From Candidatus Omnitrophota bacterium (GTDB lineage: Bacteria > Omnitrophota > Gorgyraeia > Zapsychrales > JANLHA01), in the NCBI GenBank assembly GCA_022711395.1, contig JAKLFA010000002.1, forward strand, positions 131,864-195,863: a stretch of 64,000 nt of DNA, given 5' to 3'. The notes beneath the pieces were generated by a model that did no database searches, was not told the origin of the DNA, and worked only from the letters and a program-made list of their open reading frames with translations. Each line of letters starts with the position of its first letter. The stretch's first letter is position 1. Shown here in pieces: positions 36,663 through 46,175 of this stretch. The translations under genes and the position numbers were made by a program.

Positions 36663-37916
36663 TTAACCTCCTCCGCCTCCGCCCAACTGGGCAATGTTGA
36701 ACATCGGTAGAAACATCGCCAGGACAATGATGCCGATCACCGCTCCCATGAAGACAAGCATGAATGGCTCAATGACGGTTGCAAGGCGCTTCATGAACGT
36801 TTCGACCGTTTCCTGATAGAAATTGGCGACATGCTTCAGCATTTTGCTGAGTTCCCCGGTCTCTTCTCCCACGATGATCATTTGGATGGCCATGCCCGGG
36901 AAGAACTCGCTTCTCTCCATCGGGGCGGCCAGCAACTCGCCTCTGCGGACGCTTTCTTTGATATCGGAAATCACATTAGCGCAGGTCATGTTATCGACAA
37001 GCCGCTGGCTGATATCCAAGGCTTGAAGGATCGGAACGCCGCTGTCAACGAGGATCGCCATCTGGGACGTGAAGCGTTCCACGATGATGAGGCGGAAGAT
37101 GTTTCCGAATGTGGGCAGGCTTAATAGGAATTTCTCCTTTGCGAATCGGCCGGATGGGGTTTGGATGTAGCGTTTTATGAGAAAGACCGCCACAGCGATA
37201 GTGCCGATGATCAAAAGGAATTTCTCCTTGATAAATCGGAACGTGCCCAAAAGGATCTTGGTGATGAGTGGCAGGTCTACGCCCATAGTCGTGAAAATGC
37301 TTTCGAAACGCGGCCCAACGAAAAGTGCGAAAAATGAAACGGCTCCCATACAGATGAAGAACAGGATCACAGGATACATGATCGACGATATGATCGTTGA
37401 GCGGAAGTGCGCTTGTTGTTCCAGATAAAAGGATAATTTGTTCAAGACCTTAGGCAGGGTCCCTGCTGCTTCACCGACTTCAATGAGGCTGACCCAGAAT
37501 TGATTGAAGACCTTGGGATGATGGGCCATGGCCTCTGAAAGCGCGCTGCCGTGCTCAACATCACGGTTGACCTGTTCGATCACGCTGTAAAGTTTTTCGC
37601 TTTCGATCTGGCTGAGGATGACCTCCAGGCTTCTTAAAAGGGTCACGCCGGATTCAAGCATGGTGACAAGCTGGCGGGAAAAAGAGATCACATCATGGAG
37701 TTTGATCTTCTTATGGGTGAATTTTTTTTCCTTTGTTTTTTTAGGGGCTGCAGCGGCCGCCTCGATGCCCGGTTCGCTGGATACCGATTCAATCTTAAGA
37801 ACGAAGTATCCCTGCTTTTGAAGTTTCTCAATAAGGGATTCCCTGGAAAAGTCCTCAACGACGTTGGTAAGGGTTTTGCCATATGAGTCTTTAATGGTGT
37901 ATTTGAATTTTGGCAA
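36663..37916 (-). CDS. pilC: Type IV pilus or type II secretion platform protein (PilC/GspF family)
   Basis: 417 aa with two GspF-type repeats and inner-membrane helices. Confidence 0.8.
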   Translation of the reverse strand: MPKFKYTIKDSYGKTLTNVVEDFSRESLIEKLQKQGYFVLKIESVSSEPGIEAAAAAPKKTKEKKFTHKKIKLHDVISFSRQLVTMLESGVTLLRSLEVILSQIESEKLYSVIEQVNRDVEHGSALSEAMAHHPKVFNQFWVSLIEVGEAAGTLPKVLNKLSFYLEQQAHFRSTIISSIMYPVILFFICMGAVSFFALFVGPRFESIFTTMGVDLPLITKILLGTFRFIKEKFLLIIGTIAVAVFLIKRYIQTPSGRFAKEKFLLSLPTFGNIFRLIIVERFTSQMAILVDSGVPILQALDISQRLVDNMTCANVISDIKESVRRGELLAAPMERSEFFPGMAIQMIIVGEETGELSKMLKHVANFYQETVETFMKRLATVIEPFMLVFMGAVIGIIVLAMFLPMFNIAQLGGGGGG

Positions 37917-37938
37917 TGTCCGGGCTCCTTAAAGGTGC

Positions 37939-39654
37939 TTACGTGGAAGACGTGACGCTGACGATTTCATCAAAACTTGTGATCCCCGCCTCAACTTTTT
38001 TTATACCGTCATCGAACAGGGTGTCCATCCCGTTCTTTCTGGCCGCGTCGAGGATCTTGATATAGGTCGCTTCCTTGGAGATCAATTCACGAATGGCATC
38101 ATCGATCAGCATGGTCTCGGTCAGGATGATACGGCCGTGGTAACCGGTATGATTGCACTCCTCACAGCCCTTGGCTTTATAGATGAGGTCGCTTTTAAAG
38201 CTGATCCCTCCGAAGAGGTCAGGGTTCGGCTCAACGGGTTCTTTGCATTTTGAACACAGGCGCCGGGCCAGCCGTTGAGCAACGATACATATCAGAGACG
38301 GTGTTAAAAGGTATGATTCTATGCCGATATCGAGGAGTCGGGTAATGGCGGAAGCGGCGTCGTTGGTGTGCAGTGTGCTTAAGACAAAGTGCCCTGTCAG
38401 GGCCGCGCGCACGCAGATCTGGGCTGTTTCAAGGTCACGGACCTCTCCGACCATGATGACATCCGGGTCCTGGCGCAAAAATGAGCGAAGCGCTGAGGCG
38501 AACGTAAGCCCGATGTCAGGCTTGACCTGGACCTGGTTGATGCCTTCGAGCTTAAACTCCACCGGGTCTTCAGCGGTCATGATGTTCTTTCGCGGGTCGA
38601 TCGTTTCGCTGAGGGCGGAATAGAGCGTGGTGGACTTTCCGCTTCCGGTCGGACCGGTCACAAAGAAAAGACCATAAGGCCTTTTTAGCGATTTTTTGAT
38701 GTTTTCCAATTGCGTCGGGTCGAATCCGAGGTTGGAAAGTTCGAGTTTGACGGCTTCTTTATCCAGGATACGCATGACGACCTTCTCTCCCCAGACGGTG
38801 GGGATCGTTGAAACACGGATGTCAACGACGCGGTCGTTATGTTTGAACGAAATGGCCCCATCCTGGGGAAGGCGTTTTTCTGCAATATCCAGACGGGAAA
38901 GGATCTTCAGGCGTGAAACAATGGCGGAATGCAGGCTTCTTGATGGCGGCGGGATCTGATAGAGCGCCCCGTCGATCCGGTAGCGAAGGTTGATCCGTTC
39001 CTTAAAGGGTTCGATGTGAATGTCGCTTGATCGTTGTTCGATCGCCTGTTTGATAATGAGGTCCACAAGCTTGATGACCGGGGCCTCTTCGGCTTTTTCG
39101 ATCAATTTATCAAGGTCTGTGGCCTTGCTGCTGTCCTTCTTCTGTTCACCCGTTCCGTCTTCTTTTTTTTCATGATCGGTCTGGTCCAAAGGGCCTTGCG
39201 CGGCATGCGACCGGATGATCGTATAGAAGTCCTGGATGGCGGCGACAAGGCTGCTATGGGTGGCGATGATCAGGTTGATCTCACATCCAGTGATCATTTT
39301 CAGGTTGTCCAGCATCATAAGGTCCAGGGGATCGGTGACCGCGCACGTAAGGACGTGGCCTTTTTTGGTTATGGGCAGGACAAGATTGGTTTTGGCGAAA
39401 TCATGGGGAACGAGCTTGTCGAGCCCCTGGGAGGTATTTGGTTTTAAGAGATTATTATCTTTGTTGGCATAAGGAAGATTCAGCTGTGTTCCCAGAGCGG
39501 CGATGATATCATCTTCGGTCAGGGTCCCCATTTTAACAAGGATCTCCCCCAGCCGTCCCCGTTCCCGCTTTTGACGGCTGATGGCGTCTTTTAATTGCTC
39601 TTCAGAGATCAGGCCCTGTTGAATTAGGATTTCACCAAGTTTTTGATGCGCCAC
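37939..39654 (-). CDS. pilB: Type IV pilus assembly ATPase PilB/GspE, with an N-terminal GspE_N domain
   Basis: Walker A GPTGSGKSTT. Tetracysteine zinc motif CSKCK...CEEC. 571 aa. Confidence 0.85.
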   Translation of the reverse strand: MAHQKLGEILIQQGLISEEQLKDAISRQKRERGRLGEILVKMGTLTEDDIIAALGTQLNLPYANKDNNLLKPNTSQGLDKLVPHDFAKTNLVLPITKKGHVLTCAVTDPLDLMMLDNLKMITGCEINLIIATHSSLVAAIQDFYTIIRSHAAQGPLDQTDHEKKEDGTGEQKKDSSKATDLDKLIEKAEEAPVIKLVDLIIKQAIEQRSSDIHIEPFKERINLRYRIDGALYQIPPPSRSLHSAIVSRLKILSRLDIAEKRLPQDGAISFKHNDRVVDIRVSTIPTVWGEKVVMRILDKEAVKLELSNLGFDPTQLENIKKSLKRPYGLFFVTGPTGSGKSTTLYSALSETIDPRKNIMTAEDPVEFKLEGINQVQVKPDIGLTFASALRSFLRQDPDVIMVGEVRDLETAQICVRAALTGHFVLSTLHTNDAASAITRLLDIGIESYLLTPSLICIVAQRLARRLCSKCKEPVEPNPDLFGGISFKSDLIYKAKGCEECNHTGYHGRIILTETMLIDDAIRELISKEATYIKILDAARKNGMDTLFDDGIKKVEAGITSFDEIVSVTSST

Positions 39655-39666
39655 GCCAATGGTCCT

Positions 39667-41109
39667 TTATTTATCGGGAAGGTCCTGTTCCCGAATAAGT
39701 TTTTTCGTCACATTATTCTTCATCGTCGAGGTGTTGTCCACAATGTGTGGGGTGATAAAAATGAGAAGTTCCCGCTCCTGGGAAATCACTTGTTTGTGCC
39801 GGAAGGCCGCGCCCAGGACGGGGATATCTCCCAATAAAGGGACTTTCGTCAGGGTTGTTGTTGTTTCTTCCCGGAGAAGTCCGCCGATCACGATCGTTGA
39901 GCCGTCCATGATCTTCAAAACCGCGGAAGCGGTCCGGGTTTCAGGATCCTTAAAGGTGGTGCCTCCGATGGTCAATCCGGATTTCGCAAGCGTGTGTGAC
40001 GGGACAAGGGCCATGGTGATTTCCCGGGTATCCAAGTTCGCTTGGGGTGTTACGGTCAGGATGACCCCCGTTTCAGCCCGTTCCGCTTCAACGGTCTGGG
40101 TTGTTGTGCTGTCGGATGAGCCGGTGCTTGTTGTCTTTTCTCCGATCGCCTCGTTCGTGCTGATCTTGATCTGTGCTGTTTGGTTGTTGAGGGTTAAGAT
40201 CCGTGGCCGGGCGAGGTTCTTGGTGTCTCCCTGGGTCCGGAGAAAATTCAACGTCGCAGTAAACCCTCTGGCATCCATGAGCCCGGTCGTCAGACGGGCT
40301 TCCTCGTAATCAACATTAGGAAGTTCATCTAAAAGCGGAAAAGACCCATCCCAGGGAAACGCGTTCTGGTAGGATCCGCCGCTCAAAATCAAGGGCGTGT
40401 CTCCCCATTTGATGCCAAGCTTATCGGTGATCGCTTTTGCCACTTCGATCATTTCCACTTCAATGAGAACCTGCGGCACATTGATATCAAGGCGGGCGAT
40501 CGTCTGTTCAATGACAGGAAAATTCGCTGCGATATCCGTAATGATCAAACTGTTGGTCCGGGAGTCTTCAGAGATCTTCCCATCTTTTGTCAGGACCTTT
40601 TTAATGGCCTCTGTGATACCGGAGTCGGTGCGGGATGATTCTTCGCCGCCCCCCCCGCTTTCGGTGCTGATATTCAATAATGTATTGATGGGTGATGAAG
40701 CCACCGCCGCATTTTTGAGCTGATAGATGCGTGTCACGAGCTCGATCTCAGGTTTTTTGATCGGTTTAACGATATAGATATTGGATCCGGGCTGGATTTC
40801 ATAGGTGAGATCATTCGCTCGCAGGATCTGTTCGAGGGCCTGCTCAATCGGGACTTTTTCAAGATAGACGGTCACGGTCTTGCGGCTGATCTCCTGTGAG
40901 GCGACCAGGTTGAGCTGGCTTTGTTTGGAAAAGATCTTCAGGATGTCCACCAGAGGGGCGTCCTGAAAATCCATGGAGATCGTTTTTGAATATTCAGGAT
41001 AAATGAACGGACTTGAGGTGTCGATTTCAATGTTCTCTGAGTGGCCTGCAACCCCATCGAGAACGCAAATCACGCTGCAGCACATGAGCAAGGTGACAAT
41101 ATATTTCAT
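39667..41109 (-). CDS. pilQ: Secretin (PilQ/GspD family), compact at 480 aa
   Basis: Signal peptide, N0/N1-like domains, secretin core IVIGGLLREETTTTLTKVPLLGDIPVLGAAFRHK. Confidence 0.8.
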   Translation of the reverse strand: MKYIVTLLMCCSVICVLDGVAGHSENIEIDTSSPFIYPEYSKTISMDFQDAPLVDILKIFSKQSQLNLVASQEISRKTVTVYLEKVPIEQALEQILRANDLTYEIQPGSNIYIVKPIKKPEIELVTRIYQLKNAAVASSPINTLLNISTESGGGGEESSRTDSGITEAIKKVLTKDGKISEDSRTNSLIITDIAANFPVIEQTIARLDINVPQVLIEVEMIEVAKAITDKLGIKWGDTPLILSGGSYQNAFPWDGSFPLLDELPNVDYEEARLTTGLMDARGFTATLNFLRTQGDTKNLARPRILTLNNQTAQIKISTNEAIGEKTTSTGSSDSTTTQTVEAERAETGVILTVTPQANLDTREITMALVPSHTLAKSGLTIGGTTFKDPETRTASAVLKIMDGSTIVIGGLLREETTTTLTKVPLLGDIPVLGAAFRHKQVISQERELLIFITPHIVDNTSTMKNNVTKKLIREQDLPDK

Positions 41110-41124
41110 CTTGAGCCTCTCCTT

Positions 41125-41679
41125 TTATGGCGAAAACCAATAAATGTTTTTTGTATCGATCCCCATTTTAACACCCTGTGTATTGATTTCAATCACGGTC
41201 CACCCGCTTAATTTGTCCCCAATGGAAAGGACTTCATTATTAACGATCGCCTGTGGAATATCTGTGTCCCAAACGATCCCCTGGACTCTGAAATTTGGTT
41301 TCGGGATGGGAATGGGCTCGCCACCTTTATCGCTCACGGGTGGTGGCAAGAGCGGCATAGGCTCTGTTTTGACCGGTGGCGTCTTGATCTCTTCAACAGG
41401 GGCCTCCGGGACGGGGAGCGCGGATTGAAAAGGGTTCTTGAGCGTGATGATCGCGTCCACGGGGCAGCGACTTTTCGTCTGGCTTGTCAAACGGTCATGC
41501 AGGGACTGCAATGGTTTGGTATCAAGGGTTGACGGAAACGGCGATCTGCCAGCCAGGGCCTCCCGCAAAGGATCAACGGTCACGGGTTTGATATTCTGCT
41601 GGGCATGCGATGGCGATATGCCGAATGCCAGTGCGATACAAAGCAAGCCGATGATTTTTAAGAGATAAGGTCTATTCAT
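41125..41679 (-). CDS. Periplasmic proline-rich protein, PilP-like candidate
   Basis: Signal peptide, a Pro-rich linker, and a C-terminal beta domain (FRVQGIVWDTD...). Fits the PilP position between pilO and pilQ. Confidence 0.4.
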   Translation of the reverse strand: MNRPYLLKIIGLLCIALAFGISPSHAQQNIKPVTVDPLREALAGRSPFPSTLDTKPLQSLHDRLTSQTKSRCPVDAIITLKNPFQSALPVPEAPVEEIKTPPVKTEPMPLLPPPVSDKGGEPIPIPKPNFRVQGIVWDTDIPQAIVNNEVLSIGDKLSGWTVIEINTQGVKMGIDTKNIYWFSP

Positions 41680-42307
41680 CTTTCAAAAAATTTACCGCGT
41701 GTACGGTGATCGTAACGGAAAACTCACTTGTCGTATCTTGTCCCTCTGAAGATGACCTGATGGGACGCCTGTTTGACTGGCTGGATTTTGCGACCGAAGT
41801 TGACCCGAGATTAAAATTTTGGATCGTGATGACCTCGGGAAGGATTTCCAGCTGTTCGATAAATGCCCACATGGATTTATAATTTTGGGATGACAGAGTA
41901 AGCGTCAACGGAAAGATCGTAAATTTTTCCTTTTGCATGGGTTCTCCGGGAGAGAACGAGTGGATCCGCACATTATAATTCTTGGCCAGCTCAGCCATGA
42001 GATTGATCAGACTTTTTTCGGATATTTCCGGGGGCAGCGCAGCTAAGATTTTTTTGCTGAATGCTTCGACTTCGTTTAGTTCATTGAGCTTCGCCAGTTT
42101 ATCCTGTGCGGTCTTGACCTGGATGTTGAGTTGGGACAGCTTACCTTTGTTCACGTTATAAACCCAGATACAGAGAAAGATCGATACAATAACGCCAACG
42201 AATTGAGCGGAAATGTCCCAGCGTTTTTTAAAAAATTCAAGGACCTCCTTCCAGTTGACATTTTTAAGGTCCTTGATATCGATTTGGCTAAGTTCTTTGA
42301 GGTTCAT
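41672..42307 (-). CDS. pilO: PilO-like inner-membrane pilus alignment protein
   Basis: One transmembrane helix, a coiled coil, then a periplasmic domain. Call rests mainly on synteny. Confidence 0.45.
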   Translation of the reverse strand: MNLKELSQIDIKDLKNVNWKEVLEFFKKRWDISAQFVGVIVSIFLCIWVYNVNKGKLSQLNIQVKTAQDKLAKLNELNEVEAFSKKILAALPPEISEKSLINLMAELAKNYNVRIHSFSPGEPMQKEKFTIFPLTLTLSSQNYKSMWAFIEQLEILPEVITIQNFNLGSTSVAKSSQSNRRPIRSSSEGQDTTSEFSVTITVHAVNFLKDE

Positions 42308-43860
42308 TTTTGCTGATCCTCACAGGAAATGCTGAATTCAGTTATTGTATATTCCTCGGTTTTGGTCTCAGTGATCGAATTGCGTTTGACCCTGTCAAAG
42401 AGATTGGCCAGGTCCGGGTTTTCATCCACCGAGGCGATGAAATCATTGATCACGCGGACCTGTTCATGGGCTTCAGGCAAATAGATTTTTCCAGTTATGG
42501 AGATGCGGGCCCGTTTTTCTGCCGGAGCGGCTGTCGTGGGCTTGTTGGGGTCGGGCGATAATGATTCAGCGTCCACGTATTGGATCGATAGATTTGTCAG
42601 CCAGATGCCTTTCGGCATCAGGGAAGATATTTTATACAGGATAAAAGCAACCTCGCTTTTCATCTGGACATTGCTGTATTGGGCAACTTTAGAAAAAAGC
42701 GCTTTGGCTTGCTGCTCAATATCAGTTGAAGAAAGAACCTCATATTTTCCAAGCTGTGAATTGATCTTGGAGAGAACGCCTTGATTATATTTCATGAGTC
42801 CGGCGGTAATGAAATTGGTCAAAAGCGGGGCGATCAGGCAGCCCGCCAGCGTTCCCGCCATGATAAAAATGCGCGTGTTCTTGGCTGACGGTAAAACACC
42901 GGATCGTATGATGCCCACGGCTTTAGGGGACAGATCGAAATCCCGTGTTGAAAAAGTTTTTCCTTTAAGGGTCGCGCCATAGGCAATGAGCGTATCGATG
43001 TTGGGAGGCGTCAGGTTCAGGTTCAATTCCTGAACGTTGATCATGCGCGTCGGGATGTTGATGTCTTTGGAAAGTTCAGGGCTTACGTCATGAATATCGA
43101 AATCAGCCAGGATCAGGAACTTTGTGATCTTGCTCTGGGGGTTTTGCCGGCTGAAAAAATTGACCGAGACCCCGATGTTGTCGGCCAGCACGCCGCGGAA
43201 GACCTGCGGATTTGAATCGAGCGTCCCTAAATTGAGGGTGCGGATGAACTGCATGACATCGTTATCAAAGACCATGATCTCACTCTCATCAGCGGAAAGG
43301 GATAGCGTGGCGGTCGTTTCGGAGCGGTTCAGAAATTTCTGATTACGGAGGATCCTGGCGGAAGCCACGCCGGCAGGTTCAATATGAGAAATTTCAAACC
43401 CCGCATTGCGGAAGATTTGCACATATTCATCAAGGGCGGTTTTCCGTATCGCGATAAAAATGATCCGCAGCATTTTTTGAGTGCGGTCAGTAAACGGTTC
43501 AGCGTGATACGTGTAAACCAGTTCATGGATCGGTATGGGGACGTATTTTGTGACTTCGAATTCAATGACACTGCGGATCTCATCAGAGCTCATGAATGGG
43601 ATGTGGAATGACCGAAAGATCAATTTCTGGGTCGGCAGAGCCAGGCCGACTTCAGTAACATCGCTGGCGATCGGAACAAGTTTTTCCTTGAGGAATGCGG
43701 ACCGACGTAAATATTCGGGAGCCTCGGCGTCAGGATCGCCTTTTTGCGGAACAGGAAACGGCAGGGTCATACTGGTAGAAATTTTTCCATTGTCGACCCG
43801 GACAATGCTGAGTGATGTTTCGCCCCAAAAGACGCCGATTTGAGATTTTGTTTTTGCCAT
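42304..43860 (-). CDS. pilM: PilM-PilN fusion (actin-like ATPase fold PilM plus a C-terminal transmembrane and coiled-coil PilN-like segment)
   Basis: 518 aa. A PilM-like N-terminal region of about 340 aa. Transmembrane helix IFIMAGTLAGCLIAPLLTNFI followed by a periplasmic tail. Confidence 0.55.
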   Translation of the reverse strand: MAKTKSQIGVFWGETSLSIVRVDNGKISTSMTLPFPVPQKGDPDAEAPEYLRRSAFLKEKLVPIASDVTEVGLALPTQKLIFRSFHIPFMSSDEIRSVIEFEVTKYVPIPIHELVYTYHAEPFTDRTQKMLRIIFIAIRKTALDEYVQIFRNAGFEISHIEPAGVASARILRNQKFLNRSETTATLSLSADESEIMVFDNDVMQFIRTLNLGTLDSNPQVFRGVLADNIGVSVNFFSRQNPQSKITKFLILADFDIHDVSPELSKDINIPTRMINVQELNLNLTPPNIDTLIAYGATLKGKTFSTRDFDLSPKAVGIIRSGVLPSAKNTRIFIMAGTLAGCLIAPLLTNFITAGLMKYNQGVLSKINSQLGKYEVLSSTDIEQQAKALFSKVAQYSNVQMKSEVAFILYKISSLMPKGIWLTNLSIQYVDAESLSPDPNKPTTAAPAEKRARISITGKIYLPEAHEQVRVINDFIASVDENPDLANLFDRVKRNSITETKTEEYTITEFSISCEDQQK

Positions 43861-43951
43861 ATATATAATATATTAATTTCTTATAGTAGTTACTTTACTA
43901 TAACAAGGCAATAAAGCATTTGCAATCAGGAAAGAGAGTTTTTTTGGTGTT

Positions 43952-44353
43952 TTAGTAGGTGGTCGTTATGACAAGAAGATCGGTCTGGTTCGGCGTGGTG
44001 CCGGCGTATTCTTCATCGGTCATAACAATGATGTTGGAAGAGAACTCTTTTTGGCCGGAATCGTTTATAACGCCCGTGCTAACAAACGGCATTACGGTGT
44101 TGGTAAGCCGACCGGTATGGTATCGATAGAGGAACCCTCTGGCCTCTTCTTCAGCTTTGATCGAATCAATGATCGATTGGCTGGACGTTACTTGGCTGAC
44201 AGAGATGCTCATAAAGCCGATGACAACAACGGTAAGGGCCATGATCATGACGATCACGGTCAAGAGCATGAACCCCTGGTCATTACGAGAGGTCGTTTTT
44301 CTCATTGCCCTCTTTCTTCGGTTTTGGAGATCAGGCTGTGGCATCTCGGGCAT
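43952..44353 (-). CDS. Minor pilin or pseudopilin
   Basis: QGF|MLLTVIVMIMALTVVVIGF, with no Glu at +5. Confidence 0.5.
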   Translation of the reverse strand: MPEMPQPDLQNRRKRAMRKTTSRNDQGFMLLTVIVMIMALTVVVIGFMSISVSQVTSSQSIIDSIKAEEEARGFLYRYHTGRLTNTVMPFVSTGVINDSGQKEFSSNIIVMTDEEYAGTTPNQTDLLVITTTY

Positions 44354-44544
44354 CGTTTGAGCTCTTTACTGTCCCTGTAGTCAGGAAAAAGATTCGCGCA
44401 AAACGGACAGCGCGTAAAAAATCTTGTTTCCTTGTCGGTTACCGAACGCTTGTTTAAATTATAGAATATCCAATGAACAAATACAATCATCAAAAAAAAA
44501 GAAACAAAAATGGAAATCGCGATGCCTAGGTCGAGCTGGATCAT
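44302..44544 (-). CDS. Small membrane protein with a C-terminal zinc ribbon (CPFC...CPRC)
   Basis: 80 aa. Transmembrane helix, then two CxxC pairs. Confidence 0.4.
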   Translation of the reverse strand: MIQLDLGIAISIFVSFFLMIVFVHWIFYNLNKRSVTDKETRFFTRCPFCANLFPDYRDSKELKRCPRCHSLISKTEERGQ

Positions 44545-45026
44545 AGCGTGTTCTGTATGCTTAAAGGTTTATATACCGGCGGATCAGGATTGATCCGGAG
44601 CGTTTTAATGGCGTTTTTATCGATCCGTTGTGCCGGTGAATGCTCGGGCTCGAGAAAGGTTTCTTTAAGGGATGCCTTGTGTTTTTTGAACAATGTTTTT
44701 TTGTATTGAAGGTCAGAAGGACTTTGCTGTGGGGCATGAGAACCATCCTCGAGCGGGGGCTGGTTGTAAATTGTTTTTTTTGCCGCCGGGATGGGGATAT
44801 GGTCGGGTATCATCTGGTTCTTTTGCGAAGCGTAAAATAGTGGGTCGGCTGACTGAATGTTCTCAAGAAAAGACCCCAAGTAAACAAAGACCGGTTTGTG
44901 AGCTACTGGTCTTACGGGGACCGTGAAAACGAAGATGTTCGCGATAATGAGATGGATCGCCAAGGCCAATAATAGACCGCAGCTCTCGCTTTTTTGAAAG
45001 AGTTTTTGGTGAGAGGCCTTGATCAT
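44541..45026 (-). CDS. TonB/TolA-like N-terminal membrane anchor with a Pro-rich spacer; no recognisable C-terminal TonB domain
   Basis: 161 aa. Transmembrane helix plus a proline-rich stretch. Sits directly downstream of exbB-exbD. Confidence 0.35.
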   Translation of the reverse strand: MIKASHQKLFQKSESCGLLLALAIHLIIANIFVFTVPVRPVAHKPVFVYLGSFLENIQSADPLFYASQKNQMIPDHIPIPAAKKTIYNQPPLEDGSHAPQQSPSDLQYKKTLFKKHKASLKETFLEPEHSPAQRIDKNAIKTLRINPDPPVYKPLSIQNTL

Positions 45027-45424
45027 TCCCTAGTCGTCGCGATGTTGATTTTTTCGATTCCGAGCTGCCGGCAAAGATCCCATATATCAACGATACGCCC
45101 CATGGAAGAGCGACGATCCGCCTTGATCATGACCAGGGTATCTTTTGTGGCGCTTTCTGTAAGCAGGGCTTCCAGTTCTTTGACGGTCGTGACCTTGCCA
45201 TTGCAGTAAACGACGTTCTCCCCCGTGATCGAGATCGTGAACCCTTCGTTTGAGATTGTGTCGCTGGTGACGGCTTTAGGAAGTTTGACGTTGATCCCGG
45301 ATTGAAAAGTGAATGAGGACGATAGCATGAAAAAAATAAGGAGCAAAAAAATAACATCGATCAATGGGGCAAGATCGATCTGCTGCAGCCCGTTCTCGAT
45401 TTTCATATTTCGTTTAAATTGCAT
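45023..45424 (-). CDS. exbD: Biopolymer transport protein ExbD/TolR
   Basis: IDLAPLIDVIFLLLIFFM. 133 aa. Confidence 0.8.
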   Translation of the reverse strand: MQFKRNMKIENGLQQIDLAPLIDVIFLLLIFFMLSSSFTFQSGINVKLPKAVTSDTISNEGFTISITGENVVYCNGKVTTVKELEALLTESATKDTLVMIKADRRSSMGRIVDIWDLCRQLGIEKINIATTRE

Positions 45425-45458
45425 AAAGCACCTCTTGAGAGATTATCAATATGGCATG

Positions 45459-46175
45459 TTAAGCTTCGGATGTTTCGGATAAATGGCATAAAAAATTTAC
45501 GAGTTCCGTTGCGGTGCGCTCCATATCGCGGATAAAGGTGTTCACGCGGCTCACCAGGTAATTGTATGCGACATATGTCGGGATCGCGACGAACAGACCG
45601 GCGACCGTTGTGAGCAAGGCTTCGCCGATCCCTCCGGCCAAGTCGCCTGGTGTCACGGGATTCATGGTCGCGGCGCGGGCTTGGATCGTATGAAAACTTG
45701 AGGTCATCCCTGTGACCGTTCCAAGGAGCCCGAGAAGTGGCGCAATGTGGGCGATCGTTGCCAGGGCTGTGAAGCGTTTCTCCAAGATCGGGATCTCAAA
45801 AAGGCTGATGTCCTCCATGGCTTCTTTGATTTCATCTTTTGACGTGCCATATTTTAAGATGCCCGCTTTCATGATCTTTGCGACCGGAGAAGGATCTTCT
45901 TCGCAAATAGCGGCAGCTTCTTGCATTTTGTCCTTTCGCAACAGATCAAAGACCCTCTCTTTGAGCTGATGGACATCCGTGTTGATTCGGCTGAAGTAGA
46001 TCAATTTTCCCAGGATGATCCCGATGGCCACCACCGAACAGATGATCAGCGGGACCATGATCGGACCGCCGGTTATCAGAAAATCTTTAACGCTCAATTG
46101 CCACACTCCCATAATAGCCTCCCCTTGTGTATTGTCGGATGAAGTTTTAATCTTCTGTTTTGATGTTTGTTTCAA
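45459..46175 (-). CDS. exbB: MotA/TolQ/ExbB proton-channel protein
   Basis: 238 aa, three transmembrane helices, ExbB signature region. Confidence 0.8.
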   Translation of the reverse strand: MKQTSKQKIKTSSDNTQGEAIMGVWQLSVKDFLITGGPIMVPLIICSVVAIGIILGKLIYFSRINTDVHQLKERVFDLLRKDKMQEAAAICEEDPSPVAKIMKAGILKYGTSKDEIKEAMEDISLFEIPILEKRFTALATIAHIAPLLGLLGTVTGMTSSFHTIQARAATMNPVTPGDLAGGIGEALLTTVAGLFVAIPTYVAYNYLVSRVNTFIRDMERTATELVNFLCHLSETSEA

